Positions 35,301 through 47,605 of a stretch of 64,000 bases of DNA are shown in pieces. Source of the DNA: Anthoceros angustus (Eukaryota > Plantae > Anthocerotophyta); the NCBI GenBank assembly GCA_010909165.1, contig MU008170.1:1-64000 (forward strand), given 5' to 3'. Under the pieces are notes generated by a model. The model searched no databases and was not told the origin of the DNA. It worked only from the letters and a program-made list of their open reading frames with translations. Position 1 is the stretch's first letter. Every line of letters begins with the position of its first letter. The position numbers were made by a program, and so were the translations under genes.

Positions 35301-36718
35301 CTAGCACATGACGCGTAATGGTGTGGCATACAAACTACACTCACTGCGTACCGTTGCAGTCCTCCAGTAACTGGCAAAAATTAGTGAGCCTTTGCACAAG
35401 GTGCATTCTCATGTGATAATCATACTCTTTGGGTTGAAGACCCGAGAAGATATCAGCAAGTAAAATTGCCAGATGACTGGCTGTCACTTGATTCCAAAGT
35501 GGAGCTGGGAATTGCTGCCACCTCCTGTGCTCCACATCTAGGGCCACCTCAGCGACACGAGTGCCATGCCTGGGTGCATAAAACCCGCCTGCTCACAATC
35601 CACAGGTTCCACACCTTTCAGCGAAACAGAAAATTGCATGACACATGAAGCTGAGCGAGGAATAGTTACAAGCAGTTGAAGCAGTCACTACTTACTTGGA
35701 GGTGAAAAAGGTACATTCTCGTCCCTCGGCATCTGTTCGTGACCTTTTGAGTGGCAAGGCATCTCTAAATTGTAGACACTGGAGTTGAGAGGAACTTGTG
35801 GGATGAGAGGTTGGTTTTTGTCAGGATAATGCAGGAGATCCAAAGGATGAGCACGGATATCACCATCCCTTGACATCTCGAGAGGCCGAAAATTAGTGGT
35901 CGCACAAGTTTCTGCAGACCGCCATTCTTCCTCATGCATAGTATGCCCCTTCAGCTGCTCATGCGGTCTCAAATGGGTCCAGGGCGAGGAGAGCAAAGAA
36001 TTGGGGGAGTGCACCGGAATCCGAAGATAGGAGTCGGCAGGCACGCAAGGAAATCCCTGCGTAGCATTGTCCGGCAGCACTAAGTTGTGCGGAGCAGCAG
36101 TCGGGTAGAGCCCAGGAGGCCTGGCAAACATTCGGCAATTCGCGTCCCAAGCCTCAAACTCTGCGCCGCGCTGAGCAGGGGGGCCGTTGTACAAGCCGGC
36201 GCCAAAGGATATGAAGACCTGCTCCCGGATGCCTACTTGCCGGCGCTCATGAGCTTCGGGCGCACGAGAATTGGGGTCCCTGAAATGCGCTCCCCCATCA
36301 GGCTGCCGCGGCAGCGCAACCTCCCTCAACCCCAAGAAGTCCACATTCCTGGTACCCTGACACCCGCCGTAATCGTGGCCCCCGCCCTCTACATCCTCAT
36401 CAAGCGTGGTCGGCAACGCGTCCGCCCCCGAGCCAAGCGTGGAGCTGCCTAGGTCCTCCCCAAGACTACTGGGCAGCGCGTCGACGATGGCCTGGATTCC
36501 ACCCTCCCCGTCCTCCTCCAGGCTGCAGGGCAGCGCATCCTCTACCGCAGCTCCGTGCACCGGAGCCCGCCCCGGCCCCTTCCCCCCCCAGCAGCACCGC
36601 ACGAACGAAGCCTGCGCCGGCGGCCTGTCCCGGAATTTGGAGAAGTCAGATGCCAATTGCGTCGCTCCGCCTCCAACTCCGCTCCTGTGCCGCTCCCAGG
36701 CGCAGTCATACTTGTCGC
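32358..36718 (-). CDS. HESO1: HESO1-like terminal uridylyltransferase (pol-beta nucleotidyltransferase), multi-exon
   Basis: Exons encode PFGSFESNFFTPWGDLDLS (GS...DxD), ARVPLV...SCDISVDN, VKCWAKAQGINEPKLGTLNSYAISLLVVFHLQ, PPILP and VEDPFDYTENCARSV. The start and any further 3' exons (~31640-32080) are unresolved. Confidence 0.85.
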
Positions 36719-37846
36719 CTGCTCACAAGGGACGTTCAGAACAGGAAGTGATCAACCACAGAGCTTTGCTCCACAACCGGAAGCCAAGACCACGACCACG
36801 ACCACGATCCACAAAAATCACACCCCACGCAGGCTCTACGGCAGCAGCACAGGAGGGACAGGCAGAAACAAACCTAGTTCTTCCATAGCTGAAGCGGGAA
36901 CACAGGCAAGGAAGCCGGGCGCGAACCCGCAGGCTCATCATCAGAAGTCAGGAGTGGCACAACCTATCCACGCCCCACCACACATGATGCACCTCACGCA
37001 GGCCTGCTCCTCACAAACCCCGCCCTATACATTCTCCGGGCGGGGACATCGCAGGAGCAGCGCAATTCCACCTCTCAAACCGCACACACACACACATGCA
37101 GCAGCAGCAGCAACACCCCACCCACTCCGCGTCCACGGACCAAGAAAGCAGGCAAGCCGCGGGGCCGCGAATTCCGCACACCAGCAGCAGGAGCAGGAGC
37201 AGGGGCAGGAGCAGGCGCAGCAGAAGCAGCAGCAGCAGCAGGCTCCGCCTGCTTGCCGCCCACAGCCACAGTCACAGAAACACGCTCACCAGCCGGGGCT
37301 ACTGCTGCAACGGGCCCCGATTCCGGCCGCCATTACGAGGCTCGCAGCAATGCGGAGAAGAACCAACCTGATCGCTCGCCTGATGAGGCTCTCTGGTCCC
37401 CTTAGCTTAACTGCTGTGCCGGCATCGGCATGCAAACCGGGTTGCAGCGCATTGTGGAGATGGCGACATGCGCGGCGGGGCCGGCCAGGCCGGGGACAGG
37501 CGGCCATCCTGGAGGCAGCATGAAATGGGTCTAGAAAAGGGCCCGGATTGCGGATGGCGGCACACACGGAATCTCCTCGCCCAAACAAAGGGAGGCGGCA
37601 TCAAAGCGGGTGAGGTGAGGCAGCCATGAATTCAGTGAAATCAAGTTAACACTAACTCGCTACTGCTAACACTAACTATCTCAAGTAAGGTAGTTACCGA
37701 GAATGGGAAGTGCCGATCACTATGTATCCTACGCGTGTCCTCATCAGCTGGCGCTGGCTTCGTTGGCTCGGGAGTCGGCACCATCATATAGCGCACTAGT
37801 CTAGCTGGTGGGGCGTGAAACCGAGCGATGGCGGCCTGAAGCGCAC

Positions 37847-38770
37847 ATGCTCCTGACCGCGCTGCGCACCACCACCGGCCTCCTGCCGCGGATCTTCCTC
37901 GTTCCTGTTGCGGCTTCTGTACTCACGCGGGCGTCGGGAGCGCCCTGGCCATTTGGCGCTGCGCCGTGGGATTCGAGGCGGGAGCGGGGGAATCTGCCTG
38001 CTGCGAGCTGGCGGGGGAGGGAATTCCGTGCATCTAGGGTTTCCGCGCTGTGCAGGCGGGGGCAGGAGATGGAAGCCGGGCTGGTGGAGGAGGTGGTGGC
38101 CCAGGCGGAGGCTGCGGCTGCGGCTGCGGGGGCGAAGGTGGAGGAGGAGGGGAAAGGTAGGGCTGGTTCTGGATCGGAGAGGGGGAGCTCGGAATTCGGC
38201 GGTGCCGAGTGGTTCGAGCTGACGCCGACTGTGACGCTGGTTTTGCAACCTGGAGACATCACCGACTGGTTTGTGGACGGCAACAAGGACGCGATTGTGA
38301 ACGCAGCCAACGAGCGGATGCTTGGTGGAGGCGGCGTCGATGGAGCCATACACCACGCGGCGGGGAGAGAGTTATACTACGCCTGCAAGGACGTGCCTTG
38401 CGTGGAGCCTGGAGTGCGCTGCCCGACGGGTGAGGCTGTGCTCACGGATGCGTTTGAGCTACCCGTGGCCAAGGTGATCCATACCGTGGGGCCGAGATAT
38501 TCGATGACTAGGGCACCGCAGCTCCTGGCGAAGGCGTACGAAAATTCCGTCAGGAGAGCCCTGGATGCTGGCCTTGAGTACGTGTGTTTTCCTGCCATCT
38601 CCTGCGGTATTTATGGATACCCTTACGCGGAGGCAGTTGAGGTGGCGTTGGACTCTCTACAGAAGCACTCGGAAGGCTTGCGGGAAGTACACTTTGTTCT
38701 GTTTGAGGAGGCTGCGCAGAAGGCCTGGTTCAGGGCCGCACGCGAGAGACTGACGCGCCTGGAGGACTAG
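37847..38770 (+). CDS. MacroD-type macrodomain protein (ADP-ribose binding/hydrolase) with predicted organellar transit peptide; intronless
   Basis: GDIT...DAIVNAANERMLGGGGVDGAIHHAAG...VIHTVGP...FPAISCGIYGYP. The N-terminus is rich in Ala/Arg/Thr/Leu. Confidence 0.93.
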   Translation: MLLTALRTTTGLLPRIFLVPVAASVLTRASGAPWPFGAAPWDSRRERGNLPAASWRGREFRASRVSALCRRGQEMEAGLVEEVVAQAEAAAAAAGAKVEEEGKGRAGSGSERGSSEFGGAEWFELTPTVTLVLQPGDITDWFVDGNKDAIVNAANERMLGGGGVDGAIHHAAGRELYYACKDVPCVEPGVRCPTGEAVLTDAFELPVAKVIHTVGPRYSMTRAPQLLAKAYENSVRRALDAGLEYVCFPAISCGIYGYPYAEAVEVALDSLQKHSEGLREVHFVLFEEAAQKAWFRAARERLTRLED

Positions 38771-39144
38771 CCTAGGTGGAGATTCGTTCAAGTTTTGGCC
38801 AGGATGGCCCACAGTTGCGCTGGCCCGGGAGCACTTCAGCACGTATCTGTGATGCGTTTTTTTTGGGTTGAGGAGCTTGGAAACACAAAGGCGGATATCG
38901 GCAATGCGGCGGGCAAGAAGCTCTGCAGTCCCGCACTCTTGTGTGATTAGCTCAAGGAGGGGAGGGATGTTGGTTTACAACTTCATGGCAGTAGCTGGCG
39001 GGTTTGTAGTTTTCGTTTGGGGTTGCCTCCCGACAGCAACCCCAACCCCAAAAGACTGTCGTTGCGATTTTATAATTCATCGGAAGTTGTTGGGAAACCT
39101 GCGGCGCGCGTTTGTTCCGCAAGTGACACAAATTTGGGAGGAAA

Positions 39145-40464
39145 CTAGGCACGACGTGTGAAAAAATGTTTGTGCTCGTCATAGTCCTGATTTGTTTTCA
39201 CAGAAGGCTTTCGTCTGCTACTGTGAGGACCTCCGACCTTGCCCCATTTCTCAAATTGTTTTTGCCTAGCTCTAGCTCTCTCCTTCTCCGCAGGTGTCTT
39301 GAGGTAGAAGCAGTGCGGGCATGAAACCCCCTCCTCCCACAACGGAGACTGCTCATCCTGGTCGTTAACGGGCTTCTTGCACGCATAGCAGAGTCTAAAG
39401 CTTCCTTGCTTATGCCCATGCTCTACAGCCACCCGCTTGTCGAACACAAAGCACTCTCCTTCCCACAGACTCTCGGACGCCGGAACTTCCTCAAGGTATT
39501 TCAGAACTCCTCCTTCCAGATGATACACCTCTTCAAAACCCTTGCTGAGCAGAAACGAGCTGGCTTTCTCGCACCTGATGCCCCCTGTACAGTACATGGC
39601 CACCCGCGGAAGAGGCTCGTGCTCGTTCTCCCCCTCCTCACCCAAGCTCCCGAAGTGATCTTCCACCCAGGCAGGGAAGTCCCTGAACGCCGTTGTCCTG
39701 GGATCCACCGCTCCCCTGAACTTCCCTATCCGAACCTCGTAGTCGTTCCGCACGTCGATCACCATAGTCCTGGGATCGTTTATCACAGCATTCCAATCCT
39801 TCGGCTTCACGTACTTCCCGACCTTCAAAGCCGGGTTCACCCCGGGCACTCCCAGCGGCACCACCTCCTTCTTCAACCTAACCCTAACGTGGTCCCAGCG
39901 GAAGGGCGCGTCGTCCCCCGCTCCCAGCGGCGATTTCTCAGTGTGGCCGTGATGCAGGAGCTCCTCCTCCGGCCCCGCCGGAGCTTCCACCATCCGGATA
40001 CCCGCCAGTCTGGGATCCCTCTGCACCGTAGCCAGAACCCGCTCCACCGCCTCGGCCGTCCCGCAAATGCTGCCGTTGATCCCTTCAGCAGCCAGAATAA
40101 TATGCCCGGACACGAGATTCACATTGCAGAGCTCCCGCAGAGGCTCCTTCATCGACTCGTAGTCCGGCACATCCGCAAACTTGTAGAATGACACCACCAC
40201 CAAAGACGACGCCTTCTTCCCGAGCTCCGCATCTGCAGCAACAACAGCAGCCGCCGCCGCCGTGCACATGCTCTGCACCTTCCTCGTTTCTCCCGCGGCG
40301 GCGCGATGGATCCACACTCTCCCCTGGGCCGAGCCGCTCAGCGTGCAAACCTGCGCCTTGCCGAACGCCACAGCCAGCCTCGGTGCAGAAGCCGGCGCAC
40401 ACTCCACGCAGCGCCGCAGATTCGGGAGCACCAGCTTCCCCAAGCCGGACACCCGCACAGCCAT
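39145..40464 (-). CDS. Rhodanese-domain protein, UPF0176/TrhO-like (plant STR7-like); intronless
   Basis: VSFYKFA...GHIILAAEGINGSICG...DVRNDYEVRIGKFRGA...MYCTGGIRCEKA...VYHLEGGVLKYLE...GECFVFDKRV...CYAC...SCPHC. Confidence 0.93.
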   Translation of the reverse strand: MAVRVSGLGKLVLPNLRRCVECAPASAPRLAVAFGKAQVCTLSGSAQGRVWIHRAAAGETRKVQSMCTAAAAAVVAADAELGKKASSLVVVSFYKFADVPDYESMKEPLRELCNVNLVSGHIILAAEGINGSICGTAEAVERVLATVQRDPRLAGIRMVEAPAGPEEELLHHGHTEKSPLGAGDDAPFRWDHVRVRLKKEVVPLGVPGVNPALKVGKYVKPKDWNAVINDPRTMVIDVRNDYEVRIGKFRGAVDPRTTAFRDFPAWVEDHFGSLGEEGENEHEPLPRVAMYCTGGIRCEKASSFLLSKGFEEVYHLEGGVLKYLEEVPASESLWEGECFVFDKRVAVEHGHKQGSFRLCYACKKPVNDQDEQSPLWEEGVSCPHCFYLKTPAEKERARARQKQFEKWGKVGGPHSSRRKPSVKTNQDYDEHKHFFTRRA

Positions 40465-40747
40465 GTTTCGCAACCCTAAAGCACGGACAGGTCGACCCCC
40501 GATCTACCTCATCCAAATCCGGACTGTTTGGGAAACGCTTCGCTACTTCATGTTTGGTTTTGAGTGCCCCTTGCACGCCCCGCGCTTCTTCTCCACTGCT
40601 CCTATGAGGCCCAAGGCAGTAAGCAGGCACAGTTCGAAGCAGAAGGGAAAAAGGAGGAGCACGAAAAGATTGGATTGGCCCGACCGCAGCCTGGATCGCG
40701 CGGGCGCCGGGATTCTGTGATGCGGTTGGCCGGCCGCGGCTGCAGGC

Positions 40748-43041
40748 ATGGGAGATCTGCGCGGCGCTGCCAACGAGCCGCCGCTGCCCGGAAATCAGTG
40801 CATGCAGGAAGGGCAAGAGGAGCCCGATAGGGCTGACGAGATCGCGCTCCGGGTGTCTGCGCTCGTGGAGCGTTGCAAGGCGTTGCAGGAGGATGCCGCC
40901 TCCTACAGCTCGCGCCTCAAGCGAGACGCGGAGGCCATCAGCCAGAACGCGCTGGCGCTGGAGTCGCAGATCAAGCTGCTGGAAGGAGAGATCAATTTGG
41001 CTATGGACAAAGATCACATTAGCCAGCAGCTCGCTGACAGGGTGAGACGAAGTTGCATGGCGCGGGGCCCGGGCCCGTAGTCGGTTTTTGATTTTGCCAG
41101 ATCAAGCGTGATCCTGGAATTTTCTCTGTTCTCATTTTTTCTGTCCGTTCGTGTGGTGTTAGCTGGAGGAGGAATTGTACAGAGGCCGGAGTATGATATA
41201 CGAGGGTGATGTCGGAGCTCTCCTCCCGCACAAGTCTAATGGTGTGTAATCTTTGGGGGATTGGAACCTCCCAAGCCTCGTGCGGACTTCGTAGTGTTTC
41301 TTGTTGAGAAAGGCCCTGAGAGAGATTCTGCATGGCACAGCTCTCTAATTAGGCGAGTGCAGATGCTCTTCTCAGTTGTGTTCCGAACTATGCAGTAGGG
41401 TTGCTTGTATTGGAGTTGATTTATGCTTGCAGGCAGGCTACCTTTCTGTCAGGCATCGAAACACATTTCTAGCTTGGCCCTCACACGAAGGACTCAAGCT
41501 GACGCTTGTTACTAACGGCAGGCTTTTGTTGATGGACAGGTGTATTTCTAAGTTTACTTCTTGGTCCTGTAAATGTTCGAGCACCTCAAAATCATGTCCG
41601 GCTTAAAGTCAAAGAAGAGTACAACAGCTTCAGGGTATGGGTTCCAAGGATTTTGTCCGTGCTGCGGCTGCCGTTTTCTGTAGCTTCTGGTTCTCAATTC
41701 TTTTCGCTCAGTTGCCCAATGTCTTTCACCTCAGGATCGCACAGCGATTCTGTTTCTCGCCTTTCCTTCTCTCTTGCTCCTTCTTAATCATTCTATGTGG
41801 AACGGGTGTGTTCCTGCCCTGCCAGTGCAAGCTTATCAGGTGTGTAAGGATCTTTTTGCCTGTTACACATTTTCTGTCATGTTTTCGTCTTATTCTTTGT
41901 CAGTGTAGGTTCTGTTTCGTCTTCTTGTATACTTATGTCTGGGTTATGCGACCAACTGAACAGGCATGGTTGCTGTTTTTCTACACAAGTCTTGCCCTCA
42001 GGGAAAACATATTGAGAGTTAATGGTAGTGACATCCTGCCATGGTAATATCTCTGATCTATGATTTGGAGTGCTCTGTTTCTGTTCAACCCGTGCTTTGG
42101 GCTCTGTACTGCTTACAACCTTGGATGTTGTCTCAGTCCTATGCCCTGCTGTACATGTAGGTGGGTCTATCACCATTATTGTGCAATGGCTATGGCCCTG
42201 ATCTGTCTTACGTGGGGTATTCAAGCCCAGGGTGCTTGTCAGCGAAAGCAGGTACAGCTCTTCTGGTTTCTAGGCATACTGCTTTTGTCCTGGTGCTGGG
42301 TTTGAAACGTTGCTTTGTTACAGCAAGGAGTACGTCTTTTCCTATCATGGGCTGTCATGCAAGGTGTTGCCATGCTCCTTCAAAACCGCTACCAACGCCG
42401 GCGGCTGTATACAAGGATTGCGCTTGGCAAGGTATTGTTAAATTTTACCAACCTGAGGTAGATATTGCACCTTCAGTGCAGTTTGGAGTGTAGCTGGACA
42501 TGTCGGCAATGTTTTTCATTTACAAGCAGCAGTTGTCCTTTCTTTTGTGACTGAATGCAGGCTGGTAGGATGGATGTCGTTTGGGGTGAGACCGCAGGCG
42601 TGAAGGGTCAGCTCTGGGTACTGTACCCCTTGCTGTTTATTTTGCAGGTACCTGTTGCGATCTTGTATCTGATACGACCCTTCTTTCATGCCAACAAGAG
42701 AGCTCTTTTTCATTCGCATTTGCTTTCTGCAGGCATTTCAGTTCGCAATCGGGCTGCTTCTCCTGCGAACAGCCTTTTTTGAAGAGGAATCAGAATGGCA
42801 GGCATGTCTCTCAACTAATTTTCTGCCGCAGTTATGCTTGGGATTGGCTGATACTTTCCTCGGCTAACAGGCGCTATTGCTGCCTCAGATTGTGGCCTGT
42901 GGTCTGCTACTCATCACAATGGCCGTCGGGAACTTTTCGAACACAGTCGCCACGGTCGTTGCGAAAAGCAGAATGAAGGCGAAAATGAAGAAAAGGGGAA
43001 ATCAGGTGCTGCAGCGCATGTCGTCTAAAAAGCTGCCCTGA
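40748..43041 (+). CDS. TMEM120/TMPIT-like membrane protein, ~10 exons
   Basis: Spliced exons encode LGPVNVRA...KVKEEYNSFRDRTA, AWLLFFYTSLALRENILRVNGSDI, WVYHHYCAM, LLQNRYQRRRLYTRIALGK, MDVVWGETAGV and MAVGNF. The last intron is GC-AG (42802-42888). Confidence 0.92.
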
Positions 43042-43980
43042 CTCCGCATGACTGTATATACACGTAAGACAATGCTGAGTTTCCACAATTGGCGCTGCTG
43101 AGTGACGAGCTCGCTTGCGCTGACAAGCGATGCCTCGTTGATGTACCAATTTTTGCGATAAGGGAGATGCGGTTGTTGCAAACTTGCCTGCGTGCCTCTT
43201 CTGAGGGTCGTGACGATGTGCTGGGCTCGACGCACGGAATCAAAGAGCGTTTCTAACTGATCCGTGGGCCACGTGGCTGAATTGCTTTATTGTCGGGGTG
43301 TCGATAATGGACAGGTCTCGACCGGCATCCAGTCCAATAGGGAAAAGGATTACGACGGAACGCCAGTGCTTTGTTAACAGTGTGATTCGGACAAGAACCC
43401 ATGTCCATTCGGACAGAACCTGGTGCCTTAAACCAACTCGGCTATGTCAACTGCAAGCTTTAATCTGTAGTCCCGTTTGTTATACCCTGAAAAAATGAAA
43501 CCGAATGACAAGTATAGGAACGTCGAGCTGTCAAGCATCTTTCTCTTCGATCGGTACTTAGATAGGGTGTTTCTTGGTGCTAGTAGTTTAGGTGTTAAGT
43601 ATTAAGTCCCATGACAGGAAAATTTCATCCAAGTGGACTATAATATATTAACTTCTGTCTTCTTTTTCTATACTTGAGGGTCCTATGTTGTTGGCACCTA
43701 TGGGCTTTGGAATGGGGAAAGATCACTAATTCATTATATTTATCTTGGTAACTGGTTGGTATCTAAAGAAGCTAAAGAGTTAAGATTACATAGGTAACAA
43801 ATCCAGATGAAGAGAGAATGGGCTTGGGGCTAAGGAAAGATCAACATGAAGGACGTTTGGAATGGGGAACGATAACTACTTTGAAAGTTGGTTGGCGTGT
43901 AGAGAAACTAAAGTGTCAAGATTACATGGGCAACAAATCCAAACAAAAGGGATTTGGATTGAGGAAAGATCTACAGGAAA

Positions 43981-44063
43981 AAGCCCGATAATATCATCCT
44001 CCTTAAGCAAGAGGTGATCTTCGCCATTGAACTCCACCTTTGCTCCAGCGTACTTGGAGTAGT
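43981..44063 (-). pseudogene. Captured chaperonin-10/20 (GroES) gene fragment
   Basis: YSKYAGAKVEFNGEDHLLLKEDDIIGL matches the GroES C-terminal motif. No flanking chaperonin sequence is present, and it sits among short repeats (CTATGGGC..., GGAAAGATCAACATGAA). Confidence 0.75.
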
Positions 44064-44819
44064 AGTTTGGGAATATTAAGAACTTAGGTCTATGGGCCTT
44101 GGATAGGAAAAAGATCAACATGAAAAGTTTTTTTACCATAAATAGATTGGGAATATGAAGAATTTCAACCTATGGGCTACGGGGAGATTGGCCCTAGACC
44201 GAAGTCCTAAAGAAGAAGTTACATCATTCATTGATCCCCAAAGATGATGAGGACGAGGTCCTCATTACATTTGTCCCCTAAATCTCATTACCTACATAAC
44301 ACTCAATTCATTTGTTCCCAAACATCAGAACCGGGTCCTCCTTACATTTTCTCGCTACCTGCATAATAAAAGATTTGATGTAACAGAAGCTGACGAAAAC
44401 ACTGAAATCCGAGCCCAAAACTCATTCGGGCCCAAGGGTGGTATGACGCCTTATGCCAACTCGGCCATATCTTCATGCGTTGCATCCACCTTCGACAAAC
44501 GAGATCCAATTTCTCCTAACCTGCCCTCGCCCCTTCTCATCACATAAGCGTGCAAGCACATGACATCCTACTGAATCAGTAGGTGGCCGAGGTCATCCAC
44601 TTAGTTCACTGATGTGTGTTCGGCAAGGCAATTACAGAAGAGAACTGGTGACAGCAGAATAATTCGCTACCAGAGGATTCTGCTGCTGGAGAGGCCAGAG
44701 CAAGGGCTGGACACGGAATCATGTGGAAGGACTGGGGGAGGATTTGCTTAGGGTTTCGAACAGTCCGGAGTTCAGTGATGGAATTCGGAATCATCCGGGA
44801 TGTTCATTCGCAATTCGGC

Positions 44820-45100
44820 ATTTACTAATGTGGAATTCAGCCGCGAGAATAATGTGTCTGGACACCCGATTCCCCTTGTACACCTCCGGCCGGCTCCTTC
44901 ATCGATTCGCAGTTCGGCACATCCGCGAACTTGTACAAGAACACGCCTTCGTCGCGAGCTCCGCATCTGGCAGCAGCAGCAGCAGCAGCCGGAGTGAACA
45001 TTCTCTGCACCTTCCGGCGGCGGCGGCGGGTTCGAACCATACTCTTCCCTGGCCCGAGCGGCTCCGTCGGCACCTCAGCCAGCCCGATACCGAACGCGGT
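44820..45100 (-). pseudogene. Decayed partial duplicate of the rhodanese gene 5' region (~40080-40370)
   Basis: GGCTCCTTCATCGA(T/C)TCG(C/T)AGT(T/C)CGGCACATCCGC(G/A)AACTTGTA and GAGCTCCGCATCTG match 40142-40235. It translates as YKFADVPNCESMKEP versus YKFADVPDYESMKEP. Confidence 0.85.
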
Positions 45101-45434
45101 CGGTCGGATTGGCTATATATGTAGCCCTGCCCTACCCAGAAGGCCTGTCATTTAGGTCTTTGAGAAATTACGCTTACGACCTAAGTGCATATCGGTAGTT
45201 AATGAGAGTTAGAAGCTGCGTTGTCTCTTTCCTCCCTGCTGCAAAATCGATGATTTATGAAATTGTAAAATATAATGGCGGGTGGGTATAATATATATGA
45301 TAAGCTTTACCACAATATGTAGGTAGGTATATAATTGCTTCCAACAAATAGATCTCGTAGCGGGAGTCTCTGTTGTTCTTTTGGGATCGGGGTGCATCCC
45401 GCCTCTTGCAACGCGGAAGAACTGGTTGGAGGAA

Positions 45435-47272
45435 ATGGCGCACAGGCTGCTGCGGGACTTGGAGGCCGATGGGTGGGAGCGATCTGACTTCCCCATCATC
45501 TGCGAGTCATGCTTGGGGGACAATCCCTATGTCCGCATGGTATGGTTTTCGCTGCCTCCCTCCTGTATTTCAGCCGCTTTAGGGTTTCGTGGTGCAGAGT
45601 GGTGCTCCAGCTTGGGTGCAGCTTGGCTTGAGCTGGCTGCCTACGGAGAAGCTGTGGTAGCGGAAATAATTTGTTTGCGTCGCGTTGTACTGAGGTTTTC
45701 TGTGGCGTGTGGATTTGGGTGCAGACCAAGGCAAATTTTGATAAGGAATGTAAAATTTGCACCAGGCCTTTCACTGTCTTCCGGTGGAGGCCGGGGCGGG
45801 ACGCAAGGTACAAGAAATCAGAGGTCTGCCAGACCTGCAGCAAACTGAAGAACGTCTGTCAAGTTTGTCTACTGGATTTGGAGTACGGGCTGCCAGTGCA
45901 AGTGCGTGACACAGCTCTGGGGATTAATACGAGCGATGCTATAGCGAAAAGCGATGTGAACCGGGAGTATTTTGCGGAGGAGCAGGACCGGAAGGTAGGG
46001 GATCTGAAGGCCTACGTTCTTTGGGGAAGTAGTGGATGTGCTGCTTGGTTACTTGTTTCGGCGTTAGGGGTGTTTGGCGATTACCCTGGTTTGTGGTAGT
46101 GAGACTTGACTCTTGGTACTCCTGTGTCTACCGTAACTGCAGGCTAGAGCAGGTCTTGATTATGAATCATCGTTCGGCAAAGCACGACCGAATGACACCA
46201 TCTTGAAACTTCAGCGGACGACTCCCTACTACAAGAGAAACCGCGCTCATATTTGTAGCTTTTTTGTGCGGGGGGAATGCACCCGTGGAGCTGAATGCCC
46301 TTATCGACATGAAATGCCGATAGTCGGGGAACTTTCCCAACAGAACATCAAAGATCGATACTACGGGTATGTACTTGTGGCTTTGTCTTTGGTCTCAAGG
46401 GTTATGCTTTTCTCAATCACTTGCTCAGTTCTGATGGGTTCTTTTATGTGCAACCTGACAGTGTGAACGATCCTGTTGCTGCCAAGCTTTTGAGGAAGGC
46501 AGGAGAAATGCCATCGCTTGTCCCTCCTGACGATGAGAATATCAGGACTCTCTACGTAGGTGGCCTGGATCAACGGATATCAGAGGAGGATTTGAAGGAC
46601 CAGTTTTATGGGTATGGCGAGGTTGAATCTATAAGGCTTGTGGCTCAACGGGCTTGTGCATTCATCTCCTACACGACCAGGGAAGGGGCAGAGAAGGCCG
46701 CAGAGAACCTTGCTAATAAGCTTGTGATCAAGGGGTTAAGGTTGAAGCTCATGTGGGGAAAGCCACAGGTTCCCAAGCAGGAAAGCGAGGGCGGAATTGC
46801 AGAGGGCCTGGAGGATGGTAAATCGGCAGGAGGTGCTATCTCTCATGGTGGGATGCTTCCAAGGTCTGTTCTATCCCAGCAACAGCAGATGCCACCACTC
46901 CATGGCCCAGACCAGCCTCCTCCTTTGAATTACTTCAATATTCCTCCTCCCCCGCCTCCCTCAGAACGCCCATTCTACCCATCCATGGACCCTCAGAGAA
47001 TGGGTGCCATTGCTCCTGGCCAGGAAGCGTCGACCACCTCCAGTCAAGCGGGAGCCTCAGGTGATGGTCCAAACAACGGTCAACCCCAGTATGGACCTCC
47101 TCCGCCATTTGCATACCCTCCGCCCCCTCCATTCCAACAACAGCAGTATCGACCCTTTCAGAATGGGCCACCTCCTTATCCGCAGTACCCACCTTATCCA
47201 CCTGGCCCTCCTGGTCCACCTGGTGCTCCAGGTACTGCTTTGCAGCCTCAGTTTTATCACCCCCAGTATTAG
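45435..47272 (+). CDS. RBM22: Pre-mRNA splicing factor RBM22/Slt11 (CCCH Zn finger + RRM), multi-exon
   Basis: [89 protein letters not shown] and a Pro-rich tail. Confidence 0.96.
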
Positions 47273-47605
47273 CAGTCTTGTTGTCACAATCGAGCCGTAA
47301 GATGTCCATTGTATCTTAGCTCCTGGCAGCTGGTGTAAAATTAACTGTGAAGTCAGCAATTCGTCTCTCTTTCCGAGACTCGTTCAAATCTTCATCTTCG
47401 TGTGGGGTTCTTCTGTTTACTTTTGTGTCGGTTCTGTTGATTGCTGATAGCTTTGTGCAAGTCATCTCGTATAATCATTGGACAATGACGTTATAGATAA
47501 AGCAAAATTGTCACGAAAAAGTTTTGGGCGACTCCATAGAATAATCATCAATGCAGTAAGCGAGTCCACTTACTACCAGAGGTATGATACAAGCGTCCTT
47601 AAGAT

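Noticed and set aside
36555-37523. 322-aa Gln/Pro-rich ORF on +
   Set aside because: Low-complexity CAG/GCA repeats antisense to the HESO1 5' region, with no domain evidence.
40085-41017. 310-aa ORF on (-) spanning two genes
   Set aside because: A stop-poor alternative frame across the GC-rich rhodanese and TMEM120 starts.
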